Below are positions 1-15,067 of a stretch of 64,000 bases of DNA, in pieces. The position numbers and the translations under genes were made by a program. Source of the stretch: Octopus sinensis (lineage: Eukaryota); NCBI RefSeq assembly GCF_006345805.1, contig NC_043000.1:161076001-161140000 (forward strand). The letters are read 5' to 3'. Positions within the stretch are counted from its first letter, which is position 1. Each line of letters begins with the position of its first letter. Under the pieces are notes generated by a model that saw nothing but the letters and a program-made list of their open reading frames with translations, ran no database searches and was not told where the DNA came from.

Positions 1-128
1 TATCCCTGATCTTTATGAATAATTCCCAATAACTACTGGGATACATCATATCCGCACTTTCCATAGTCTCTGTAATTTAATAGCTAGGTACTTGGCTATT
101 CTTTCTATACTTCTCATATCATAATAAG
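1..128 (-). mobile_element. Fragment of a restriction-like endonuclease (REL) non-LTR retrotransposon (R4/Dong-like), cut by the window edge
   Basis: Minus strand translates as IERIAKYLAIKLQRLWKVRI*CIPVVIG, matching the REL C-terminal pattern K..KY..L..ELQRLWKV....IPVVIG; its 5'-truncated end abuts a (TAG/CAG)n-(AAT)n tract. Confidence 0.6.
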
Positions 129-156
129 GATACTACAACTACTGCTGCTGCTGCTG

Positions 157-228
<72 letters not shown>

Positions 229-261
229 AAAATGATAATAATAATGTTAATAATGATAATG

Positions 262-298
<37 letters not shown>

Positions 299-340
299 TA
301 TTATTATTATTATTATTATATTATTATTATTATTATCATT
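129..340. repeat. Compound (CTG)(CTA)n/(AAT)n/(ATT)n microsatellite
   Basis: Read directly from sequence. Confidence 0.95.
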
Positions 341-374
341 ATTTTCTTATATGTACGCACATAAGTATGTATGG

Positions 375-461
<87 letters not shown>

Positions 462-744
462 TTTGTATGTATATACATGCACATACACACACAACACACA
501 AACACGAAGAGGAACGTACTATTAACATGGATTTGGCTTAGTATTGAGTTTTCTAAACAGTTTGGGGACGGCTTACGTTTAGTTCTTTGAGAATGTAAAA
601 TTTCTATAACAAAGTTTTAAATAAGATTTCAAGTGTTCCGAAGTTCTCCTCATGTACGCACATACATACATACATACACATATAGAGAGAGGTACCTGTA
701 TACTTACATAAATAGGTGTACATACATACTACATACATACACAA

Positions 745-862
<118 letters not shown>

Positions 863-1077
863 CATACATATATACTTGCAATACGAGAAAGAAGGAGAGC
901 GTGAGACGAAATCGAAGCCTTTTGGATATACTAAGAAAAAGAGGTTCTTGTCATAAGGCTCTACCTAAATTTATAATGACAATAAAAACCATATGAAATG
1001 ATTATTATTAGTAGTGATTCTATGAAAAATTGCATATGTTGTTTGCGTTTTGCGTGCCTATGTGGATGAATCGTGTT

Positions 1078-1115
<38 letters not shown>

Positions 1116-1257
1116 GTAGGAAAGGGTTATATGAAAGAAACATAAAGATAAGTTTATCATTCCCTCAACATCCAGTATCATTACTGCAGATTCTTCTGTT
1201 TAGGGAACATCATTATTTTTGTATTTTTCGTTGTTGTTGTTGTTGTTTCTGTTGTTG

Positions 1258-1298
<41 letters not shown>

Positions 1299-1433
1299 AT
1301 TATCATTTCTTAATATATTTTTGCTACGTTATCAGCGATTTCACTGGTCATAAGAACCGTGATTATAGCAATATACATCCACACTCACACACAAACACAC
1401 ATTTTATATATACACAAATGCATATATATATAC

Positions 1434-1551
<118 letters not shown>

Positions 1552-2929
1552 ATGTATATACATGTTTATATATTTATTTGTGTGTATGTGTGCTTGCACA
1601 CGTGCCTGTGTGTGTAAACATGAGTATATATGTGTACATTCATACTTACTTACATGCATGCATACATACATATATACATACATACATACATATATACATA
1701 CATACATACATACATACATACATGCATGCATACATACGTACATACATACATACGAACACACTCTGCCAATCCATTACTGTAAAATAGCCTGAAAGATATT
1801 TATCAAGGTCCTCTAATCATTTTTCGGTGTACTTTCTACCGAATGAATGCTTCAGAATTGCCTTTTCTCAAAGTTAACTTCATGCATATTAACAAAGGAC
1901 AACAACATAAAACCAAAGATCCACTTCCTTCAGCACAGTCTTACTAAAAGGCATAAACGAAATTCTGGTTATATTTATAGTATTATCTATTCATAGTATA
2001 TTAAATAACCGTAGCATTTCATGGTTGCATTGTCCCTTTTAAAATGCCAATGCAATATGGTTGCTTATAAAAGAATATCGTTGCAGTAGTTAATGATGCG
2101 GTCTTTGGCAGATGGGTGATTAAAGTCGGTGAATCTTTTACCCCCAGGTATTTTTACTTTTGTTGTTAAATGTTTTTGTTTTTTGTAAATAACCGTGCAC
2201 ATTTTTCACTTCTCAATTACACCAGATTAAGGCAAAATAATCTAAACGCATACATGAGATTGATTAAATTTAATCAAGGCGAAGTTGGAAAATATACATA
2301 CGTATATGATACACGGATAGTTAACACAATTGGTTTGTGTATGCGTGTGTGTATGTGTGTGTGTAACTATTCTTTCTGCTTCCTCTAACACTTTTCTCAT
2401 CCTATTTTCCTTAAACTTTATATTTGTGAACAGTGCTACGAAATGCGCATTTCCCACCTTTGTCTTGGGGAGGAGAACTTAACTTGACTTAATAGGAACT
2501 TATGGTGTTTTACACACCTATGACAACATGCACATAATACGTATAAATGTAGTTAATTTATAAGTTACGAACTTCCTGAAACAGCTGTCAAGTTAAGACC
2601 TTACATAATTCCTTTTGTTTTCTTTATTCTGCAATTTTGTATTATACATAAAAGATCTCCATTTCCATGCCCAGATGCTAGCCATAGATGAACAAGTTGT
2701 TTAAATTTTCATCCATTTAAGAAATATTCTGCTTTTCTATACCACGCTTACTTCATGCTCATCTCACACTATGTGTGTGTGTGTGTTCGCGTGTGCATGT
2801 GTGTGTATGTATGTCATAATTCACTTTATTTCAAGATTTCTTGCCAATAGAGAAAGAACCGGTTTCTAAGCTAGATCCAGGGTTCCTTCACTGGAATTTC
2901 AACATCAACAAGAGGGTATTTTTTGCTTG

Positions 2930-3141
2930 TATGTGTGTATGTATGTGTGTATGTATGTATGTATGTATGTATGTATGTATGTATGTATGTATGTATGTAT
3001 GTATGTATGTATGTATGTGTGTGTGTCTGTCTGTCTGTCTGTCTGTATGTATGTATGTATGTATGTGTGTGTGTGTGTGTGTCTGTCTGTCTGTCTATCT
3101 GTCTGTCTGTCTGTCTGTCTGTATGTATGTATGTATGTATG
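2930..3141. repeat. (TATG)n/(TCTG)n/(TG)n compound microsatellite
   Basis: Read directly from sequence. Confidence 0.95.
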
Positions 3142-4196
3142 TGCAAATTTGTGAGTTTTATGTATGTATTTTCATGCACATAGTTGCATATCAAGACATG
3201 CTCATATATATGTAAATGATAAACTTCTGGAAAGTTTTACAGATTTTTGTAGTCCCAGTGATGGAATAGATCTGTAGTCTTCGAATTAGCTTTCTCCTTT
3301 CTAGTTTTCAGAAGCCTAACCTCTTAAGATTGGTATTTAGGCAGTGTGTTACATATTCAAGGGTCCCAATAATTACAGGTATAAACCCAAACTTGTAATC
3401 TGGATAGAGTAATTGCAGATTTCTCAATAATTCAGCATAGCTATTCTATTTTTCACTGATCCTCAGCTTTATGTTAACATTCGCTGGACAGCTCATTTTC
3501 ACAACTGTACACAGTTTCTCTTCTTTATCCCAAATCATTATATCAGTTCCTTTGTGCTTACATTTTATTGATGTCTTCTCTGGTACATTCCACCAGTATT
3601 CCTTTTATATTATGAGTGGCTATGGCTTCTGCCATATTATGGATCTTATTTCTTTGTCCTCGGTATCATCCTTCCGTCGGATTTCATTACAGAGTGTCCT
3701 AGCTGAAACTTCATGTCTCATCGGTAGATAATACCGTGATGACATTTTCGAACAACTACTTATAATGGGGGTGATATCATCAGTTGTCATATTTTACTGT
3801 TTTTCCTGCATTTCTATCCCTTTTGTGCGTCATATACTTGGTTGATATTTCCTGTTTATGGATTGCAAACGCATACCCTTGAAAGTGGGAGGTAGTAATC
3901 CGGCTATTCGTCCACGATAAAATGCCTTGATGGCCTACGTTACTATCATCACGGAGCTTTCTATTAACATGTCCATGCATAGTCTTCTGATCATATAGTC
4001 TCATTCTTTCTTCTGTTTATATGTTGTGGTAGGGTCGTGCGACTTCTTCGGGCATATATTCTAGGTTATCAGACAAAGAGTGTTGCTCAAGGAGCTGACT
4101 TCGACACTTGGTAGTTAAGATGTTGCCGAAGGGATATGATGCGACATTCAAAGGCATTTTGGATTGATGTTAAGTCTCTGTTTCCTTGTTTACGTT
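3142..4196 (-). mobile_element. 5'-truncated, degenerate REL-type non-LTR retrotransposon (R4/NeSL-like): end of RT thumb, zinc-knuckle remnant, REL domain
   Basis: Manual minus-strand translation: KRKQGNRDLTSIQNAFECRIISLRQHL (thumb GGRGL-like), ...IISSCSKMSSRYYLPMRHEV..., WWNVPEKTSIKCKHKGTDIMIWDKEEKLCTVVKMSCPANVNI...YAELLRNLQLLYPDYKFGFIPVIIGTL; several stops and frameshifts; (TACA)n on both sides. Confidence 0.8.
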
Positions 4197-4343
4197 TTAT
4201 GTATGTATGTATGTATGTATGTATGATTTTTCATAGTGGACCTCCAAGGTGACATAGCTATAAATATCACCACGAGTTAAGAAAAGGGAAAATAACATTG
4301 GCTACAAAAAGGGAAGAATTGTAGCAAGACAACTCAAATCATT

Positions 4344-4996
<653 letters not shown>

Positions 4997-5063
4997 AGAA
5001 TGATAATGTGACTACACCGTACTGCTGTTGAATTTTTTCCTCCTCTGGACTTTTCCGTTCATA

Positions 5064-5098
5064 TTTTCTGACGAAGAGCTATACTCGAAACGTAAAAA
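5064..5098 (+). ncRNA. Minimal type I hammerhead ribozyme motif in a short Penelope-LTR-like repeat
   Basis: TTTT-CTGACGA-A-GAG(CTATA)CTC-GAAA-CG-TA-AAAA: intact CUGANGA and GAAA core, 3-bp stem II, palindromic ACGT stem III, GUA cleavage triplet, weak A:U stem I. Confidence 0.6.
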
Positions 5099-5204
5099 AT
5101 TCTTTGTTTTTACCGAGTGTCAAAGTAATACATTCCATGTGCTTGTCCCCTTGTTGTTTGTTTATTGTTTTTAATGTTTGATTATTCAGGCTAACGATAT
5201 ACAT

Positions 5205-5226
5205 ACATACATACATACATACATAC

Positions 5227-5259
<33 letters not shown>

Positions 5260-5302
5260 TACAGACAGACAGACAGACAGGCAGACAGACAGACAGACAG
5301 AC

Positions 5303-5390
<88 letters not shown>
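5205..5390. repeat. (TACA)n/(GACA)n/(GATA)n microsatellite
   Basis: Read directly from sequence. Confidence 0.95.
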
Positions 5391-6559
5391 CTTTTTAGAG
5401 ATCAGCCGATCATTCATCTGAACAAGATGTCCACTCAAAAGTAAACAGTACTTCTGCACCATCGCCTAAATGCTCAGAATGGCGGCTCCTCCCAAGATCT
5501 CTGCGGCTGGAGTAAATAAGGACAACATTCAGCATGTGTCTCAGACATATCTAAAGAGTCAATGTCTCACGCACGGTACACAACAACATTCATACGTAAT
5601 GCATATCTACATACATATATAACTATTAATAAATAATACATTAAATTAAAATAAAGATGATTCGTTTCAGATGGCGAAATAAGTTAATTGTTGAGTGTAA
5701 AACAGCTAGAGTAGGAAATAATGTTCTCGTAAATTTTTGCTAACATACGGCTTATTCCTCGAAAAATCAGCATTAAACTGGACCTCTTCAGAAATACTTC
5801 AAATATTATAGATATATTGTAGCTCTAGAGTAACTACGTCGGGCATCTCAGACATCTAACCTTACAGGTTATTGAGATATGTCTTTTGGTATTTTAAGGA
5901 CGGGGTTAGGAAACCAGAAAAATAGAAATACCAATTTTTAACGTTATCTTATTGACTCGATAATTGATCTATTTGAGAGTCGCCTTATTTGTTACATTCA
6001 CTTCAAAACTGATTTCTTGCCAAAACTTATATAAGAGATGTTTGACTGAAATATAAAAACAGAAGTTATACGACATGTATCATTAAAATTGTCCCAAATT
6101 TTGATATTAAAATACGTTTCTCAAAGATTTCAGAGCCCAGACTTAAAGAATTTATTCTACCAGGTTCCCGTGACCTAAAGTATAGTAGTTTTACATATTT
6201 TAAAATTTATATGTTTTTTTGGACTCATTGACTCAGATAGCTAGATTTATGATTTCACTAGGTTAATTCTATTCATAAAATTTTAATTAGCAGCATTTCT
6301 TAAACTATTAGTTTCACATTTCAACAGCTTAACTGAAGCTTAGCCCATATAACAGGAACTGAGAGTGATATCATGGAACAGAGAACCTGTGGGTGATATA
6401 GATTTTTTGACATTATTTTTTAATTCTGCATGCAAAAACATATAAAATACAGGTATTATTTTCCTTGGGACAAATTCTTTGTTGATCATTGTTGTTCTTA
6501 TCATAGTTTACAAATCCAAGCATGAAAACGTTACTCAACTTTGAAGTTTTAGAGACAGA

Positions 6560-6632
<73 letters not shown>

Positions 6633-6993
6633 GCACTTATATGCTAATGCTGTACACAAATACATGACAGGTATACATAATATTGAAATAGGCATAAAGT
6701 AAATACATGGAGACAAATATTGTACAAAACAAAAAAAAAAATACAATCAATGAAGAGACAAAAGAAACAGTAAGACGATACATGTTGATTTTATAAGGTA
6801 TTTCTGTTTATTTAGAAACTTACAGTGAACGGGTCAGACGCTAAACTATGAATTTCACAGAGTACAACCTTAAAGTTGACACCGCTCCGCAAAATACCGA
6901 TAATTTCTGTCTCGCTATTGGCTAAAAATTCACATTTTTTTCGAATTTTCAAAACTAGATCCCTACTACTACTACTACTACTACTGCTACTAC

Positions 6994-7024
<31 letters not shown>

Positions 7025-7090
7025 TCTACTACTACTACTACTGCTGATGCTGCTTCTGCTGCTGCCGCCGCTACTGCTGCTGCTGCTGCT

Positions 7091-7462
7091 GTTGAGCGAA
7101 CGGTCTTCGTTCCAGAGCTCGCAAGATGGCAGAAGTCCGAAACGTGGTACTTTGCTATTCGTAAGACCCGCAGAAGAGAAAGCAGGTCAACCCGCGACAC
7201 CAAGAGCATCGACGGAAGGGTGAATGCGCATCCAGGCTCAGCGGTTGCGTAGGAAGTCGGGGACAAGAAACAGGAAGTAAGAGTGAGAGAAAGTTGGGGC
7301 GAAAGAGTACAACAGGGGTCGCCACCCCCACCCCCTGCCGGAGCCTCGTGGAACTTTAGGTGTTTTCGCTCAATAAACACACACAACGCCCGGTCTGGGA
7401 ATCGAAACCGCGATCTTCCGACCGCGAGTCCGCTGCCCTAACCACTGGGCCATTGCGCCTCC
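7091..7462 (-). mobile_element. tRNA-derived SINE (GC-rich family) inserted in a (CTG/CTA)n tract
   Basis: Minus-strand head GGAGGCGCAATGGCCCAGTGGTTAGGGCAGCGGACTCGCGGTCGGAAGATCGCGGTTTCGATTCCC with Pol III A- and B-box-like motifs; 3' end runs into (CAG)n. Confidence 0.85.
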
Positions 7463-9145
7463 ACTGCTGCTGCTGCTGCTGTTATTGTAGCTTGCCTTCT
7501 TCGCTCCTTATGTTTCCCCTTTTGTTGTGTTTAGTATTGAGATTCTCGTCTTTGATGTCAAGTAGATGATTCAGAAAGTAAGTATAACCCAACTGTTGTA
7601 CACGTATTCGCATGACCTAGAGGAAAGATCTTTCAGAATGTTTCTGACATAAATTGTTTATATATTATAAACCTTACAAGCTATAATATTCTCTGTCCAT
7701 ATTACAAGCATCATCTATTTATATCACCGACATTTTAGACAGCACACCACTTGGTTATATAAAGTCAATGTATAATATATCTAACATTCAAACGCAAAAT
7801 CCATTAAGTGTATGTTACTTTATCTTAGTCTTCTAACACCACATTGACAGTTCAACATGGAGTGTATCAGGGAGTCCAAAACATTTGAAGAAACAGATTA
7901 TGAGTTTCAATAACACACAGCTGCTTGTTTGCTCTAAGCGATACTCCCTTCGTTGCAAGTTTTTACAAATAATTCTAGAGAGAACATGGCATAATCTCGA
8001 AAAGCAGCTGTCTAGAATTTCACTTGCTACTCAATGTGGCTGCTTCTAAACACAGATTTCGCAGCGGACTTTCACAACCAGTTAACTCAGAGTTGCAAAC
8101 TCAATGCGAGACATATGGAGATTGTTCTCTTTTTTCTTTTCCCTAATTCATGATTGGTAAACTATGTGCACACCTGCTGGCATCCAGCTGAGATGTTGAC
8201 AGGCATCCAGCTGTTTCTGATTGACGCCTACACACAATCTACTTCCGTTGTCACTCACTGTTCTCATATAAATATCAGAAAATATTCATATATAATTCTT
8301 TCCTCAGCGTCTCTCTAAGTCTGTCTGCTGTTTCCGCTGCTCAGTGAACTTCTTTCACCGTCATCAATTTTGCGACGAACGTCCTGCATTGAGAAATTAA
8401 TATAATTTTATTTCATTTGTTGTAATGACCATTACGAATTAAATATCCATCTTTTACCTTGCTCCTTGGTTATGTCCAACATCATTTCTGAGCCTGGCAG
8501 TTGGGTCACTTATTATTCTGCATTATTTGCAACATGAATATTTTCCCTTACCTACATCTGCTTGCACTTAAAAAGTTTTACTAAGGTTTGCTAAGAACAC
8601 TAATACTAAGAATGTTTTCAGAACATTTTCTTATTTCTAGGCCATTACGTCCAACTCAACTCAACAAAACAATTTTGAACACGATTTAGAAACACTTGAA
8701 TTAACAAGATAAATTTTCATTGTCGCTACAATTGTCCTATCACCTACACTCTATTAAACTATTATGCCAGTCTCAGAATATATATATATACCTTTTTGCA
8801 ATCATCCTCTACTAAAGAATGTGCGAATTTCATGAGCTATCCTACAAAATAGGGTGAATATTGTAGTATCATATCAAAATAATATAAATACTATACCAAA
8901 TAACTTAAATACCCTACAAAATAGAATAAATATCGTGGTATCTTATGAAACGGCTATTGAAACATCATCGGTATCTTAGTTTTTCTATGATTTTTCTTCA
9001 TTAACCTTGAGACTGATCATCGGCAGGTAAAAGTAAATAAACTTGCAACAGTAATAACAAAATGTTAGCAACAAAAATAAAAATTCTCAACGGACGTTTT
9101 AGCTATCTCAGTATTTCAGGATCCCACACCATACTAATTATATAG

Positions 9146-9148
9146 TAA

Positions 9149-9217
<69 letters not shown>

Positions 9218-9357
9218 CAGCAGCAGCAGCTGTTGCTGCAACAACAATAGTATTGGCACTGAATGTAGTAGTAGCAGAAGTAGCTGTGGTGGTGGTACTA
9301 CTATTACTAGTAGTAGTAGTAGTAGTAGCAATAGCAGTGGCAGCAGCAGCAGTAGTT

Positions 9358-9390
<33 letters not shown>

Positions 9391-9438
9391 TAGTAGTAGT
9401 AGTAGTAGCAGTAGTAGTAGTAGTGGTAGTATTAGTAT

Positions 9439-9480
<42 letters not shown>

Positions 9481-9483
9481 TAT

Positions 9484-9543
<60 letters not shown>

Positions 9544-9546
9544 TAT

Positions 9547-9590
<44 letters not shown>

Positions 9591-9610
9591 TAGTAGTAGT
9601 AGTAGTAGAT
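9146..9610. repeat. Long (AGT)n microsatellite with interspersed variant units
   Basis: Read directly from sequence. Confidence 0.95.
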
Positions 9611-12600
9611 GGAATAATAATCATTACACTTCTACCTCACATTGCACTTAACTATTTCCCCTATCCTTTTCAATAAACCTATTCATAGCAACACAAATAT
9701 CTACAATGGCAATATTTGCATAAGTGTATCATTCAGTTATTAAAAATTTAAATGTATCGAACAAAAAAGTAAATAGGAGAGGCGCGTGTAGGGAAATGTG
9801 TAAGTGTGAAGGCGAGAGAGAAGAGGAGAGATGTAAGCTCGCTGAAGTTGAGAATATTTTAAAACCAGACAGTTGCATAATGACACTTGATAATTTATTT
9901 AAATACCTTATATAATAAATTGAATAAAGAATATTTCTCATTGTTCTAACAAAAAGTATTGAGCATACATTATCAAAGTTTCATAATATGACTAACAAAA
10001 GGAAATGTGTAATGATAAATTTGGCGAATTTCTGACAGTTAATTAACTCTTGGTGACCCTCTAAATGAACCTTACACCATATATACGTGCACACACACAC
10101 AAAAATACTCACATACACATACGTACACATATGTATGTAGCTGTGTATGTGTGTATGTATTTTTGCAGTTACGTATGTAAGAGGATTATTAGCGTATCAA
10201 GGTAAGAGTATGATTTAAAATCAACATTTTAAGTTATGAGTAACAAACTGTTCTTTTCCCTCAGCATAAAGGCAATTTCATCAAGTAGATAATGTAATCA
10301 ATGATTTGTAGATGAATCATTAGCTGAATCCAACGCGTTCAGTTTGTGATTCAGGGAAAGCACTTTATAGCAGCCCTCTTTACAAAGGGAAACCAACTCA
10401 TCCAGAAACGACACTGACGATGGATTGACGTTCTGCCGAGGCGTTATCGATGTCTCAACCATCGCACATATTTCTTAGGTTTTACTATTAGATCTCTGAG
10501 CTGAGGAATCAAGCACCTTTGATAATTATTTAAGGTTATGTTGAACCTGGGGAGATATAATGGAATAATAAGTATTTAGTCGACGTTCACGGCTGGGATG
10601 AGAAGTAAAGACAGACCTAATAAGATTTCGACTAAAGTAAAGAGGAAACATACGAAATTCTTTTGGTCTTTAAGTCAGATGCCTACCCCTCGTTTCAGAC
10701 GAGAGACAGCAAATCAGACAACTATTTTTATACAAGTGGATTTTAACTAAGTTTTTGTATAATATTTTGTATAATTTTTTGTATAATTCCTTCTACTCTA
10801 ATGAGACTCCTGTTAGTAATAGTATACATTTCATTTTTGCAGATTAATAAACGTAGAGATGTAGTTTTGTATATGCTTACAATTCTCAGAATAAAGGCAC
10901 GAGCAAGTTGTTTTCTGCAGTTTTTTTATGAGTTAAACACAGTAGGTGTGAGAAGCGAAAAGCAATAGGCAAGTTAATTATGCTTCTGTGTGTACCTGAA
11001 TGGAATATGTTCAGGAGTTTGATTTATGTCATTTCACTACATGGTAGCTAAGAGCAGGATGAAAGCTTATTAAAGGAAAAGAGCGCGTAGATGCCCGGTA
11101 GTTGTAAAGTTAATGTATGAAGATTTACCAAACTGTAGAATGAAAAATTTCAAAGAATAGTGTCCGGTAACGGTTCTCACTGGGTGAGAGAGTTGTGGCA
11201 ACGGAAATAAGAAGATTAAATTTCTATATTTTATAAAATTAAGTTATTACCAACTTCTTTAACATTACCAATTTGTTAAACAATCGAAAATTACAGGAAT
11301 GTCAGCTATATTTTACAAACTCATTGATAAAAGTGAGAAGGAGTGCTAAAACATTTCATCAATTTTGTATTGGGCTGGTTTTTGTCAGTCTGAGAACCAC
11401 CGGTGTAGAATATTTTTCTTTGGAATAACTCCTTGGCCCCAGGTATATGAAAAATGATGTGAGAACAATATTGTTTAGTCTTTAGGTAACTTTTCGGCTT
11501 GAAGAAATTATCTTTTAATCTAATTTATTGCGATATGGTCACCACGAGAAATCATTAGAGATTATACAGCCTAGCATTTCAAAACTGTACAATTCTTAAT
11601 GAACAAAGAATGCAAGCCGCTCTGACATATCCTGAAGTTGTGATTCGTGTTAGTAAAGGAGAGCGGAATTTTAAAATACCGTTAGAGTATTATTTCAATA
11701 TCTCCGTTCATGGAACTCGTACTTGTTTCGCATGAAGTATCGGCTTGTCTGCAAACGATTATAGAGATTTGAAGGATAAAATTCATCGTATAAATGTACA
11801 TGTAATTAGACGTAACGCTTTTTAGGTCATTTACCTAAAATATTTGGAGCTCCGTTGACATGCAACTATAGGGCTTGTGAAGGGGAGAATTAATTATTCA
11901 AACTCTAATCGATAGTGGAACGTATAACGAAAGATCATATCAACTTGAATTTTAAAATCCAACGAAGTTAACTTCTGTATGAGTGTAGAATCTTATAAAT
12001 AAACTTATGCGAAAGGTATAAATTCCTTAAAACTTTTGTAGATGTATAGCGTATATACTTGTCTGGAGTAAACAGCATCATTTTATCACACGTGTACTAC
12101 TTCAGTTTAATCTCTAACCAATATCAGTTTCGAACGAATTTAGAATTTCAAAATTCTTATTCCCCCATCTAGAAACAAAACGAAAACAAAAAGAAACTAT
12201 CTTAATCGATAAAGTAAAGAAACAAAACCAAAGATAACTGACTTTTAAAGAAAGTGAAATTTTAGAATATTACATAATTTAGGAAGTTATGGAAGTTATG
12301 ATTTAACACACTCTAAGCTAAAAGCACGTAAATTCTAAAAGATGCTAGAGTCTAGAAACATTCCACAGAGAAATGAAAAATTTATACACAACTTTTCCTT
12401 CATTGCAGTTCGTCAGTTTATTTTAGTTCCTACTTTGTTGTTTGTTGTGGTTTTCTTCATTTTTCTTTTTCATCCGAAACTTCTTTATTTATCGGTAGTT
12501 TTATAGTGATTCTTAGATAAGTTCAGTATAATATATACCTCAAATGAAATCCCATCGGGTTGAATTTGCTTTTCATACCTTCGAGGTCAATATAATGTTT

Positions 12601-13299
12601 ATACCCGGGTCAGTCTAATCGACTTTACTATTCTCATATAAAACCGAGCATATTCCTCAGATAATAAACATTACAAATATGGTGAGCGAGAAACGTGAAG
12701 CAAGTTGTAAGTTCTCAACTAGATTTAAAAACCGTTTCAATTCTGATTTCAAGTTGAATCATTTTACTTGTTTACCTAAAACATAACGACTACGCAATCA
12801 CATTTCTACGCTCTTAGAATTCTTGAATTTATCGATCTTCGTGAAAAAAAAAATGTATATATGCATTTTGAATTTATTCTAACGTTTAGTCTGAAAGGAA
12901 GGCTATACTCATAACTCTTTGCAGGACTCTGTGAGTGGGTTGGTTGGGGAGAAGAAAGAAGGTTTCTTCATCCACTAATTGGAAACCCGACTCGAGAATG
13001 CTCACAAAATAGTTAGCGTTTGTACCCAAGGTGTATGTGGCTGTTACCAAAGAGAAGCAAAATTCATAGCAAACATCATAAGGTATTTGAGTCGTCGATC
13101 TTATACTCCTACCAAACCACCACATTGGGTTGGAACCTTGAAATCAACTTTGAAATAATGAAAGACAGAATTGACCACAGGGGAAGAGATTTCAAGTCAG
13201 AACACAAAGAAGGAACAAATCAAGTAATGCATTCTCCCTGATTCTCTAATGACGCCGCCTATGCCCAGCCATAATATCCATTGATATTATGCCTGTAGG

Positions 13300-14238
13300 T
13301 AACAAGCTGATGTAGACCAGAAGCACAACCATTAGTAGCTACGGAGCTCAGGGCTAAAGACAGAGAGAGAAGGTTTTATCTTAGCTGCCCAAGATTAGAG
13401 CTTATTGACCCAGAACTATCTAGCCAATGTGCTGAAACATGGAGTAGACCCAAAGTGCCGATACTGCAATGATGGGATAGAAACAGTTGACCACCTAATC
13501 ATTTGATGTAAGGTTTTAGCACCTGTAGAGTACAAATGAAGACATGACAGAGTTGGTCAACATTTACATTGGATAATGTGTCGTCATTATAATATCAAAA
13601 TTGCTGACAAATGGTACAAGCACCACCCTGAGGCTGTAACTGAGGGAGAAAACGTAACTATTCCTTGGGACTTCCTAGTATGTTCAGACCGGATCATCAA
13701 GGCAAATAAACCAAATATTGTTGCGAAAGACAAAGGTAATAAAGTCTATTTATTGATTGAAATATGCATACCCTGTGAAATATGAAATATGCATACCGCG
13801 GCAAAAGAATTTGATAAGTTCAGAAAATATAACGATTCGCTAATCGAAATCGAAAAATGTGGCATCTCAAGACGGATACAATACCAGTGATTGTAAGGGT
13901 ACTTGGAATAATCAAGAAAGAACAGAAAATTATTTAAGAATGATCTCTGGCTTACCATCCATGTAGGAAGTGCAAAAGATTGTCTTAACTGGCGCATCAC
14001 ACATATTGAGAAGAGCAATGTCGCTGTGGATTTTCTTCCTTTGTTTCCTTTTTTCTATTTGTTTACTTTTTCATTTTTTATTTTTTTCCTTTTCTCTCTA
14101 TCTTCATCTTTTGACTCTGTAAATGAACAATCCATTGTGTTTGTTTTAATAGCCTACCAATGTAAGTTTCTCTGTCCAAGGTGTCAGGAAGATATTCCGC
14201 AAGAAATGGAAACAGAATTGAAAGAAGATGCTAATGAA

Positions 14239-14240
<2 letters not shown>
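13300..14240 (+). mobile_element. 5'-truncated REL-type LINE (Dong/R4-like), family C
   Basis: LRSSGLKTEREGFILAAQD...PKCRYCNDGIETVDHL (CCHC knuckle)...RHDRVGQHLHW...WDFLVCSDRIIKANKPNIV...LLIEICIP (REL); ORF ends near 14030 and the 3' UTR runs into (AAT)n at 14241; 5' boundary approximate. Confidence 0.85.
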
Positions 14241-14308
<68 letters not shown>

Positions 14309-14707
14309 GTTGTCAGAGATCATGAAGAAAAAAATGCTTTCTAATTGATGTATCAATACCGGCTGATGACAACGTGTCTCTAAAAGAAATGGAGAAACTC
14401 TCTTAATACAAAGACCTGGAAATAGAGGTAACTAGAATGTGGAATCTGAAAACAGAAACAATTCCTATCATAGTAGGTGCATTAGGCATGATAAAAAAAT
14501 ATTCAGACAAATACATAACAAAAACACCATGACTTACAAACACATATAACATACAGAAAATTGCACTACTAGGCACTGCACACATCCTACGCAGAACACT
14601 TTCCATACAATAACCATCAGAGCATCACAACAAATCACAGCACATACCCAAGGCACACAGAGCTGTGCTCGGTAGTGAAGTGAAAGCACGCTATAAAAAT
14701 AAAACTA

Positions 14708-14711
<4 letters not shown>
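14309..14711 (+). mobile_element. Short 5'-truncated REL-type LINE (Dong/R4-like), family D, embedded in (AAT)n
   Basis: KKCFLIDVSIPADDNVSLKEMEKLS*YKDLEIEVTRMWNLKTETIPIIVGALG...KIALLGTAHILRRTLSIQ* plus about 100 bp 3' UTR; (AAT)n immediately on both sides. Confidence 0.9.
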
Positions 14712-14794
<83 letters not shown>

Positions 14795-14865
14795 AAGAAG
14801 AAGAAGAAGAAGAAGAAGAAGAAGAAGAAGAAGAAGAAGAAGAAGACGAAGAAGAAGAAGAAGAA
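14712..14865. repeat. (AAT)n then (AAG)n microsatellite
   Basis: Read directly from sequence. Confidence 0.95.
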
Positions 14866-15067
14866 ACACAGTGTTAGTGGAGAAGAAAACAACATAGCAT
14901 GGTATGTACAAAATACCACAGAACCACTATTATTCGAAGTAAGAAAGCAGGCTTGTGTAGGATGGAAGATCGCAAAGATAAAGCACTGTACAAGCACTTG
15001 AGAATGAATGAAATTGAAAATAGGTGGATAATGAAAAGAATGCATGGTCAATGGAGTGGCTGTGTGG

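Noticed and set aside
11161-11405. Possible terminal inverted repeats (CCGGT..GGTTCTCA)
   Set aside because: Match too short and imperfect, no target-site duplication evident
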